Positions 20,601-31,387 of a stretch of 64,000 nucleotides of DNA are shown here, piece after piece; within the stretch, counting starts at the first letter, position 1; each line of letters opens with the position of its first letter. The position numbers were made by a program, and so were the translations under genes. The notes beneath the pieces are model-generated. The model worked only from the letters and a program-made list of their open reading frames with translations, searched no databases and was not told the origin of the DNA. The DNA comes from Macrostomum hystrix (Eukaryota; Animalia; Platyhelminthes): contig CATNEN010000038.1 in the NCBI GenBank assembly GCA_950097015.1, forward strand, positions 5,456,001-5,520,000, written 5' to 3'.

Positions 20601-22158
20601 ACAACTGAAACAGCTGTAGCTTCAGACCAATAGCCACAACTGAAACAGCTGTAGCTTCAGACCAATAGCCACAACTGAAACAGCTGTAGCTTCAGACCAA
20701 TAGCCACAACTGAAACAGATGTAGCTTCAGACCAATAGCCACAACTGAAACAGCTGTAGCTTCAGACCAATAGCCACAACTGAAACAGATGTAGCTTCAG
20801 ACCAATAGCCACAACTGAAACAGCTGTAGCTTCAGACCAATAGCCACAACTGAAACAGCTGTAGCTTCAGACCAATAGCCACAACTGAAACAGATGTAGC
20901 TTCAGACCAATAGCCACAACTGAAACAGCTGTAGCTTCAGACCAAAGCCACAACTGAAACAGATGTAGCTTCAGACCAATAGCCACAACTGAAACAGATG
21001 TAGCTTCAGACCAAAGCCACAACTGAAACAGATGTAGCTTCAGACCAATAGCCACAACTGAAACAGATGTAGCTTCAGACCAAAGCCACAACTGAAACAG
21101 CTGTAGCTTCAGACCAATAGCCACAACTGAAACAGATGTAGCTTCAGACCAATAGCCACAACTGAAACAGCTGTAGCTTCAGACCAATAGCCACAACTGA
21201 AACAGCTGTAGCTTCAGACCAATAGCCACAACTGAAACAGATGTAGCTTCAGACCAATAGCCACAACTGAAACAGCTGTAGCTTCAGACCAAAGCCACAA
21301 CTGAAACAGCTGTAGCTTCAGACCAATAGCCACAACTGAAACAGCTGTAGCTTCAGACCAATAGCCACAACTGAAACAGATGTAGCTTCAGACCAATAGC
21401 CACAACTGAAACAGATGTAGCTTCAGACCAATAGCCACAACTGAAACAGCTGTAGCTTCAGACCAATAGCCACAACTGAAACAGATGTAGCTTCAGACCA
21501 ATAGCCACAACTGAAACAGATGTAGCTTCAGACCAATAGCCACAACTGAAACAGCTGTAGCTTCAGACCAATAGCCACAACTGAAACAGATGTAGCTTCA
21601 GACCAATAGCCACAACTGAAACAGATGTAGCTTCAGACCAAAGCCACAACTGAAACAGATGTAGCTTCAGACCAATAGCCACAACTGAAACAGCTGTAGC
21701 TTCAGACCAATAGCCACAACTGAAACAGCTGTAGCTTCAGACCAATAGCCACAACTGAAACAGCTGTAGCTTCAGACCAATAGCCACAACTGAAACAGAT
21801 GTAGCTTCAGACCAATAGCCACAACTGAAACAGATGTAGCTTCAGACCAATAGCCACAACTGAAACAGCTGTAGCTTCAGACCAATAGCCACAACTGAAA
21901 CAGCTGTAGCTTCAGACCAATAGCCACAACTGAAACAGATGTAGCTTCAGACCAATAGCCACAACTGAAACAGCTGTAGCTTCAGACCAATAGCCACAAC
22001 TGAAACAGCTGTAGCTTCAGACCAATAGCCACAACTGAAACAGCTGTAGCTTCAGACCAAAGCCACAACTGAAAAAGCTGTAGCTTCAGACCAATAGCCA
22101 CAACTGAAACAGATGTAGCTTCAGACCAATAGCCACAACTGAAACAGATGTAGCTTCA
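11643..22158. repeat. Satellite array, 35-bp unit, roughly 300 copies (~10.5 kb)
   Basis: Unit GTAGCTTCAGACCAATAGCCACAACTGAAACAG(C/A)T; ACCAATAGCC at 12841 and 12876; common variants are C/A and a 1-bp deletion (CCAAAG). Confidence 0.98.
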
Positions 22159-22287
22159 ACCCGTTGCCAGTTGAAGCCGACTTGTTTTTCGAATTGTCAA
22201 AGGACGATGTCGACGTCTGAAAATTCAGCGGACTCAGAGTTAGGCTTCGAGTTAAGATTTTGGGTACTGGCTTTGTCTCCTGGAAAC

Positions 22288-23330
22288 TGGGTACTTGGGA
22301 TCGGAACCTTATAGAGAGAATTAGTTTTAGAATCTGCAAGTCGATTCTGCAAGTTAGTCCAAACACTGACAGCAATGGTGCTCGGTCCGAATTAGGAAGA
22401 CTACCACTATTATATAGTATTCAGAAAAGAAGCCTTCAATACTGGTCCTCAGTTCGGAGCCGACCAGACTCCATCATCGCGAAATTGGTGGCAGATACAG
22501 AATACAGTGATGTTGGCATTAGGGAAAAATGAATAGTGAAGTAATGCGGAATAGTCAACAGACTAGAAAAACAAAGTCCATCAAAACGTACAGAGAGAAC
22601 TTTGAGTCAGAGTTTCGAAGGCACTGGACTCAGAGGATGGGAAAATCAGCCAAGCTCAGCCACTTCTATTACACGTTTAAGAAAGATTTCTCCCGAGAAA
22701 AGTACCTAACAATAATCTCTAACCCAGAACAAAGGCGCACAATGTCCCGATTTCGTCAAGGAAACCACAAACTGGCCTGTGAGACATTGCGCACTGTAAG
22801 ACCGAAAATAGCCTATGAAAACAGAACATGTCCAAAATGTTGAGTCGAGGTAGAGAACGAAACTCATATTCTCTTTAGATGCGATTGGTCCGTTTATGTT
22901 CCAATTAGAAATAAATTCATAGAGAAAGTGGCAGTTACTGTTCGAAATTTCGAAAGCCTAACAGCTGATGACAAAATTGTGTATTTAATGACACAGGAAA
23001 GCACAGAATTAACAGAAAGTTTTGTGGACTTCATAGAAAGCATACTTAAAGCTAGATAAAAAGCCACTGCCCTGAGGCCCATAGTTAGAATGCGAAAACA
23101 CAATAGCTATTCTCCTTTCGGTCAGTTTTAATTTTCTCTTTAAATTTTAATATTTCATTTTTTGTTTTAATGCATTTGTTTATTTCAAAAAATTTTTTTT
23201 CAAATATTTTATCAACCTAAAATTACGCATGCTACTGTTTTCCTATCGCCTTCTGTTTAAAAAATCGATTTGTTTAACCTCAAACATAAAATAAACAAAA
23301 AATCAGCACCCAATCGGCGTGCCACCTCAA
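22288..23330 (+). mobile_element. 5'-truncated non-LTR retrotransposon (LINE) 3' fragment, disabled
   Basis: ORF2 C-terminal-like text WDRNLIERISFRICKSILQV..ARSELGRLPL..SRFRQGNHKLACE..RTCPKC*VEVENETHILFRC (CCHC-type motif); frameshift near 22530, in-frame TGA at 22841-22843; inverted second copy at 40862-41916. Confidence 0.85.
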
Positions 23331-24002
23331 TAATAATAATTATTATTTTCCAAATGAGCATTTTTTGCAATCGCTTTTAATCGCATTCTTGCACTTTGAG
23401 TACTCACTTTTGAGTGAAAAAAATCGAAGAATCATTCTGGTGACTTTGGAACTTATATGCTCGTAATGTGATACCGAGCCAAGTAAAATTTATCGGCTTC
23501 TGGATTCACGAGTTCTTGAACCAGTTTAAAGCAGCAGTACTGCCATTGATTTGTTCATCCGACAACTGTTTCGATCCCGGATGCAAAATTGGAAAAGATA
23601 CGAGCGTATTTATTTTTAACAAAAAATACTTTCGGCTTTGGCGGCACTGAAGACAATACAAAGCCAAGTGTTTTTAGTGATCCAAAGAGCAGGTGCATCA
23701 CAAGTAGAAGCGGCGGATAAATTTATAAAAAAAATTTCCAATGCACGACTGTCCATAAGTAAATCACACGATAAAATGCACTACCGAGAGCAGGTGCTAT
23801 CATGTAGTTTCACTCGGCAATAACTCAGTAACATATTTGCCAATGACGCTTTCTCGAGGTAAAGACATCTGAAAAGTTATTAACGAGGACCAATGTGTGC
23901 GAAATTCGCTATAAATTTTCCGCACCCGGAGATCGAGTTGACAAAACTTTCTTCAGCTAGCTTGCCGTTATTAGATTTCCAACTAGGAGCCTCGACAGTT
24001 CC

Positions 24003-27000
24003 ATGACATCAAATCGTTCCTACCGGCCGCAGGCGCCGCCCATGCTGCTGCTGTGGCTGCTGCTGTCGCTGTGGTCAACCGCCGAGTCAGACCACTCTGG
24101 AGCTCGAATCCCAAACTACATCAAGAACATCTTCCCGGGCCCGGATCCGCACTTCAGAGTGGCGCCCTGCGACCAGAGGGTCACTTCGGGAGACAAATTT
24201 GCCCGATTCCACTGCGTGCCGGCGGGCGCCCAGGCGCTCTCCGTTGTGTGGAGGATTCTGAGTGAGTCGAGCATACGTACTCGCACATATGTACGCTGCA
24301 TTCTATGCTAAAGTTTTCAAATTAATGAGAGAGTAACTATAATTTTCGTATCGGCAACCTGCAAACCAAAGGTCCCGATGGAGAGGTGGTTGTTGGCGAC
24401 CGTCACAGCGTGTCCAAGGATGGAACTAGGCTGACTATCTACGATCCGATGGAGTTTCACGACGGCTTCGAAATTCACTGCTGTCTTAGCACGCCGTTCG
24501 CCAAAGAGCCGCTGAGGGCCAAAGCAAGACTGCTTGTTAGGAGGCCACGTAAGTAAGACTTCGCTCGCTTCCGATGAAGAAAAAGCTACACAACTACTAA
24601 TGTGTTTTTCAGACTTTTATTGAGTATTTCGGTATTTAAAAATCAAGAGCAGCGCTATATATTTATTATTCCTCTGCTCCAGAACCACCGGAAATCGTTG
24701 AGGAGCCTCGGTCCGGCAAGTACAAGCGCGGCTCAAGGATTGTACTGGAGTGCGCCGCCCAAGGATTTCCAATCCCCAAAATTAGCTGGGTGAGCCACGA
24801 GCATTTGCTTGACGTGATTTAACCGTAGCTAGGTAAAAACAAAACTCATTAACAAGCATCAGAAGTGCGTGTACAATGTGTCATCAATGAGCTAACTCAT
24901 TCTCCTCGCAGATGTTCGAGTCCAGGCGTCACAAGATTCGCCGTTTCTTCGATGCGGATCGTGAATACGGAGACTACATCAAGGAGCCCAATCGCCTGAT
25001 CATCCTCAACATGAGTCCCAACACTGAGGGCACATACACCTGCGTGGCTTACAACAAGCTGGACAATGCGAAGGTCAGGGCCTTCATCGGCTACGATCGA
25101 CGCAGTAAGTGCCGCCTACTTTACAAGCCGGACTTCTTGACTGCTCAAAATCACCGCCTGTCAGAATATTCCCCACTTCTGTTGTGCTCAATAGTTCCTT
25201 TGCAGCACTAGCCCAAAATATTACGATCTTAAGTCCCAATAGCTTCAAAACCTAACCCAGCCCTGACAAGTACTCGAGCATTCATAAGTTAAAGTAAGGC
25301 TTATTTGGAAAAGCTGTTATCAGCGGTACTTTCACTTAGTCAGCGCTGCCGATTTAAAGATGCTCTGTACTGTAGTTTAATGAACTGTTTTCATTTAGCT
25401 CTGCATTTACAAAACTAACTTCCTTCTTTCCAGAGGTTCATCGACCAAACGTGCGCAATATCGTGCACACTCTCCGAGGTGTTTGGAGCCACTATCAAAA
25501 CTTCGCTCGAGACGCCCAGAGGAAACTCGTTCGCAAGGCCACCTGCAACATGGAGGTTATCAATCAGTTCAGCTGGTTGACCTCAAAAACGCGTTACTTG
25601 GACGGAACGACCTTGGCCTACGACCACCTGGTTAGCATACTAGAGGGACTTCGCAAGAACCCGCACAAAACCAAAAGCCTTCCGGGCGAGGCACTGGACA
25701 TTGACGTGCCCCTGCTGCAGTACATTAAGTCCAGCCTGAACTGTTCCAGCGGGGCAACTCCGCCACCGGATTGTCATCGTTACTCGGAGTTCCTGTCCAA
25801 ATACTCAGCGCCCGATGGCAGCTGCAACAACTTGAAGCGACCATCCTTGGGCCAGGCGGGGCGGGGATTCCAGCGTTTCTTGCAGAGCCAGTACGAGCAG
25901 GGAATCAACCTACCCCAAGGTGAGATTCAGTATTCGCCGACTCAAAATAGTTTTTTCCTCAAAAAGCTTCTAATGTACCTTTAATGAGCTCTTTTTCGTT
26001 TTAAAGCGTTTGTAAGAACTTTGACCAAAACAGAGTTCGATGCAACCCCTCCATAGGTTACCAGAAGCATCGAAAGTATGGCCACTTTAAAAAGCCGTCG
26101 GCTCGTAAAGTCTCGGTGCACGTTCTAGTCACCAGAGACTATCCTGTTGACCGGGCTATAAGCCAAATACTAAACTACTTTGGCCAGTTTGTCGATCACG
26201 ACTTGGACCTGACACCAGGTGCGTCAACTGATCGAGGATTGGTGTACAACTCCGACTGCAACAAGCACTGCCGAGTGGATCTACCTTGCTTTCCAATTAA
26301 AGTACCGAAAGGTATTGTTCACTCTGCAACCTGCCATCTATTTTTATTCACTTTTTGCTACTTTATTTAAAATTTCCGATGTTTCGAAGTATCTTATTAA
26401 GACACAGAAAATAAATCACGAGCTGCTAAACTAGCAGTTATTGATTCACGCACTAAATTGAAACCTCGATCAGACGATCACCGAATGAAGGGCTGCATCA
26501 CATTCAAGCGTTCCGCTGCCTTCTGCTCTAGTGGAGAATTCAGTCGAAACGAAAAGTGCATCAGGCCCCGCGAGCAGATTAATCAGATTACCAGCTTCCT
26601 GGACGCCAGCGGAGTCTACGGTAGCAGCTGCGAGGTGCTGAACCTTCTACGCGACTTGCACTCCCCGTCCGGCTTCTTGAAGACAAGCCGACCAGCGCCT
26701 CGACAGATGCTTGACCTGCTGCCGTACAGCATCGAAGGGGTGCCTACCGCCTGCGGCCTCAATAAAGATGATCCCAACGCGCGCTGCTTTAGCGCTGGAG
26801 ACGCTCGCGCGAATGAATTCGTGCTGTTGACAGCGCACCATACCATGTTCGTGCGAGAGCACAATCGAATCGGCCACGTGCTGCACTCACTCAACCCGCA
26901 CTGGTGTCCTGACAAGGTTTTTTACGAGGCTCGACGCATCGTGGCAGCAATTTTACAACGGATTACTTTCAACGAGTATTTGCCATTGCTTATTGGCGTT

Positions 27001-28546
27001 ACAGGAATGCGTGAAATCGTTAAACCTTACAAGGGCTACAGTTCTAACGTTAATCCAAGCATTGCAAATGTTTTTGCGACTGCCGCCTTCCGCATTTCTC
27101 ATACCATGATTTCGGACTTCTTCGCTCCATTGGATGAGAATTTCAAAATGAAGAAAGTGCTGCCGTTGGAGCACGGCCTGTTCGCACCGCACTTCATTGC
27201 TAAGAAAGGAATTGACGAGCTCGTTCGCGGTGCCACTATTGTAGCCATGAAAGGCCGTTCTAAGGGTCCTGCCACCCTATCTCGCGGTGTTGTCGATCGA
27301 CTTTTTGAGCTGACTAGCAAGGTGGCTTCCGACCTCGGCTCCTTGAACATCCAACGTGGGCGCGACCACGGCCTGCCGTCTTACAACTACTGGAGGCAGT
27401 TCTGCGGCCTCTCCTGGGCCACTAAATGGGAGGACTTGGCGGACGAGATTCGCAGTCCGGAGGCGCTGCAGAAGCTGCAAGAGGTCTATGGATCGCCATG
27501 TAAGTATTAACTTAATTTCCCGGAGTCAGCAACTATATGAAACAGAAGCGCTATTCTCTTATCAAATCTCGACCGCTTGTCCCGCCAGTAAATGTGGACC
27601 TGTTTCCTGCAATGGTTCTGGAGGATCGTGTTGACGATGCGCTTGTAGGCCCCACGGCCCGCTGTATTCTGGCTAAGCAGTTCAAAGCCGTGCGCGATGG
27701 AGATAGGTGAGCGCTATGGATATGAGAAGGGTTCAACGCACACCTATATTTTAATTTAGTTCGAAACTTCATGTTGAGATTAATTAATCGTAGAATTTAG
27801 AATTTAGAATTCAGCATTTAGAATTATGACCAACAGGTGGGACTTCGATTCTCAACGAAACAATATGTGTCCTTATGCAAATAATTTATTCCCCCATAGC
27901 TTCAGTTCAGCCAGCTGTAAAGTAGGTATCAGCAGCAGCTGGAATAGAAATTTGAGATTTTGTGGCGGCCCTCTAGAGCGTGCCTCTAGAACCTCTAGCC
28001 TTGCATCCAGTTCAGTTAGGTTTTGTTTCATGACCGTATTTTATAAAACAAATAAACATGCTAATGTAGGACAGTGTTTATCCACCGTATGCACTGACCT
28101 ACACACGCTCCTTCTCTCACTCTCACCAATGTGCCGTTGAAACCTGAGCCCCAAAATAATGTACACTTTGGCCCTCCAATATTACGTAATAACAGCTCAC
28201 GCACTCTGAACTTCAATACCATAAATATCTATGCTAAAGCCTCTGACTGGGGCGAGTTACGAGTATTATTTCATTCAGCTTGCAAATATCGCGGCCTTGA
28301 CTTTACTACAGCTAATTTGTCAACATTATTCATCTTTGATAATTTAAAGGCACTGGTTCGAGAATCCTGACTACTTCACAATGACCCAAGTGCAGGAGAT
28401 CCGCCGCTACACCTTCTCCCGGTTGATCTGCAACACAGTGGAGACCATCAATCGCATTCAGCCGCACGCCTTTTACGTTCCTCGCCACGAATCTGATCTA
28501 GTGCCGTGCTCTGAGCTGCCGGACTTGGACCTCAGCGCCTGGAAGG
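24003..28546 (+). CDS. PXDN: Peroxidasin-like secreted heme peroxidase (signal peptide, 2 Ig-like domains, peroxidase domain); short last exon unresolved (28652-29112)
   Basis: Exons 24003-24261, 24372-24548, 24683-24789, 24912-25104, 25434-25919, 26057-26311, 26474-27499, 27589-27706, 28350-28546, all phase-consistent. Motifs: LECAAQGFPIPKISW, EGTYTCVAYN, DGSCNNL, GQFVDHDL, REQINQITSFLDAS, AGDARANE, TAAFRISH, LNIQRGRDHG, RDGDRHWFEN. Confidence 0.87.
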
Positions 28547-28662
28547 GTCAGTTTTCCATTGAGCGTCCTCTTAGTTTTTTAAGTTTTTACAAGACCACGC
28601 TATTTTCCCACTGGGGAAGACCATAGATTATTTCAAATACCCACTGCCTAGCTTCCGATAGC

Positions 28663-29045
28663 GGGGGTCGGTGGCAGAGCGGTTATCGCGTTTGCCTCTC
28701 GCTCTCGCACCACGGTCCCTAAGTTCGATTCCACAGCGAGAGAAGACGCTCAATCGGGCGCAGCCGCGGAGAGAAGGCTTGAGGGCTTGTCGTGCAATTT
28801 ACGCCCTTGAGGGCCAACCTCCAAGGCACAGTGAAATGTACACTGCCTGTACATTTCAGGGCAATTTCAGGAAAGTCAGATGTACACACTTGTGTGAGCG
28901 TATGCCTGCGTACAGATACTGTGTGTGTTTGTGCTCAGGAGTCAGCGAAATGGGCAGAATTGCCTCCTCGCTGGCTGCGGGTCTAGTGTCTCTAAATGTT
29001 GTTCCACTGCCCGCAGCCCTCCTGGAATTATTATTATTATTGTTA
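28663..29045 (+). mobile_element. Full-length tRNA-derived SINE family A with 11-bp TSD
   Basis: A box TGGCAGAGCGG (28672-28682), B box GTTCGATTCC (28723-28732), (TTA)n tail; CTTCCGATAGC at 28652-28662 and 29046-29056. Confidence 0.9.
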
Positions 29046-31387
29046 CTTCCGATAGCTCCAAAATCGAATGACCGATTTTTGTGAAATTCCAGCATCTGAA
29101 TCAAAATTATGATTAACGAACTTTCAAAGCCCTCCGAGTCAGCATCAGCATCAGCATCAGCGATTCTTGTCGGAGGTCCTGGTGACAATAGCAACTGATA
29201 TTATAGCTCTGTATAAACTTCAATAGCAAGCTCATATTGGTTTAACAAGTATCTATTTAATCAATCTAAAATAGAAAAAAATGATAACGAAATTAGCAAG
29301 ATGTTGAAATTTTATCAGCAGAAAAATTACGCCCATATTTTTTGTTTTTGCCACCAGACACCCCGACGAGAATCCTTGAATATCTCGATGATGCCGATGT
29401 TTTCTGATTCTGAAAGTTGTTTCATCGGTGGGAGCGGAACATTTTGCCGGTGTTCTGGATTTTCAAAGCGATCGGTTAAATATTTTGGAAGATGCACAAA
29501 AAGAAAAATGTAGATATTTGAAATACCTACTTGGTATTTCAATAGCAGGTCTTTCTACTGTTAAAGCTCCGCTACTTACGGCACACTACTCACAGTAGAG
29601 TTGTGAGAGTAGTGCAGTTTTTATGTTTTATCTGAAATCGACTTCCAAACTCATGTGATTAAACTAATATTTAAAGCGTTCAAAACTCATGAATGATTGC
29701 AGACTTTGATCGGCGCAAAAAGTGCATGCCGGCGAACCCGTGCGGCCCAGGCCCTTCGTCCGACGGACCGGAAGGGGGTCGGAATAACTACTGAGCTGGT
29801 GGCAGTGGCTTTCGAAGAGAGCTGCTAGATAAATTAACTCCGCTGCTATTGAAAGACAGCATTCAGGAGAGGTGCTGAGAAAATCTGACGGATTGGGTGT
29901 TTTGTCCAATTTTTTTGGATTTCCTTGAATTTCACTCCTAAATACAATATGGTGTGGTAGCGAGGAACAAACGCAATAGCATGACTCGCATTGTTTGTTG
30001 TGCGATCAAACGGTGGTAGTGAGAGTTCTCCGTCGAAAACTTCTTTACGAATGCAAAAAAATTTGATTTCCCAGAGGTACCCAGCCTTCAATTATGAACC
30101 ATTCTTTGTTTATGAATTACGAGCTAAAAAACAATAGAATAAAAAATTGAAATCTTCGAATTTAAAGAACTACCCGTAGAATTGAATGTACTGCTATGAT
30201 GTACAGCCTGTGGCAGAGCTTTGGCAAGCCAGTGAAATTGCGCGGCGCTTCGAAAAGGCAGGCTGTGTACAGCCCTACAGTCCACAGACATCACCGAAAT
30301 TTCTAACCCCCACAGGCGTGGCCCTCTAAAAAATCCTGGCAACGCCACTGAATGCTGGTACCCATTTTGCAACTTGGTAAATAAATTTGTCTCGTAAATA
30401 AGTGCATAGTTATAAAAATGGTGACTTTAGTTCCAAACAACAGGAATGGACAGGAATGGACAGGAATGGACAGGACTCTTAGGCCTTCAGACCTGTTGGG
30501 AAGAAGCAACACGATGTAATTTTGTCAGTCGAGTGTGCCCTTTATCGCTCACTATGCACCTACTATCGCCTTGAATGTTCAAAGTCATCTCCCAGTCGAC
30601 GGGCGGTCGAGCCGGTCTGGTTAGATTCGATCGGAAGTCGCTCGTAGTTGCACACACTTGAAAATATCACACGATGTGGAGTGCCTAGGGCAGGTAAAGC
30701 TGTCCTAAACGATGTCTGAGGAACCTACGAGTAGACTGCAGCAGGAGGACGCTGCAGATAAGCATCAGAATTTCTTATCGGCACCCTGCAAAATCGTACC
30801 TTAAACAATGTCAAGTTTGCATATACTGATGCAGAAACGACAGCAACAAACACTTGGGATTTGAACAGCGCACTTTAAGGGATCAGACAGCTTGTGCAAA
30901 CAGAAGCCATTTGAAGTTTATGCTAGGACCTTTAAGCCCTGGTTTTATTGCTGCGGTGGCATGTAAAATATCCTTATAGCCTTCAAAGGCTCCAAAGCTG
31001 ACAGTGGATCAAGAACAACAATGAAGCGATTGAGGAGTTAGAGGAGAGCTGGGTAGACAAGAGGGTCTGGGCATAAGACAGTGTGAGCCAGTCAGAAGCT
31101 TCCCGATTGGACCAGAGATACTCTCTAATCCCTGAACTTGCCAAACTGCTGGCATTGTGGAAGCCCAGAAATAAACGAAGCAAATGTCCAATTGGAGGCG
31201 CTTGTGCTAGGATCACGCGTCTGTGACTGATCGCCAGTATTTACACTGGCCATTCTCTAGGGTAACTGGTAAAGATAGGGGCGATTAAAGGAGAAAGCTG
31301 AGACCTAGGAGTTCAAGATTGGGATAAAACTCAAGGCGCTATTCGGCTTAAAGCCAGCTGTGGAGTAACAATAAGCTGAAAAAAGGA

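Noticed and set aside
11643-22158. CRISPR-like appearance (35-bp hairpin repeats) and minus-strand repeat ORFs such as MAIGLKLQLFQLWLW
   Set aside because: No unique spacers, no cas genes, eukaryotic context; a 35-bp period is not a multiple of 3, and the ORFs only open where 1-bp deletions occur.
22841-22843. In-frame TGA in both LINE copies as selenocysteine or programmed readthrough
   Set aside because: Both copies are truncated and frameshifted; no SECIS recognised; an inherited nonsense mutation is simpler.
29093-29112. C-terminal SKL (PTS1) on the peroxidase via one candidate acceptor
   Set aside because: The protein has a signal peptide and the acceptor is one of several; likely coincidental without transcript evidence.
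30700-31260. Possible decayed gag remnant (CWHCGS) upstream of the nAChR gene
   Set aside because: Multiple stops, incomplete knuckle, no LTR or TSD identified.
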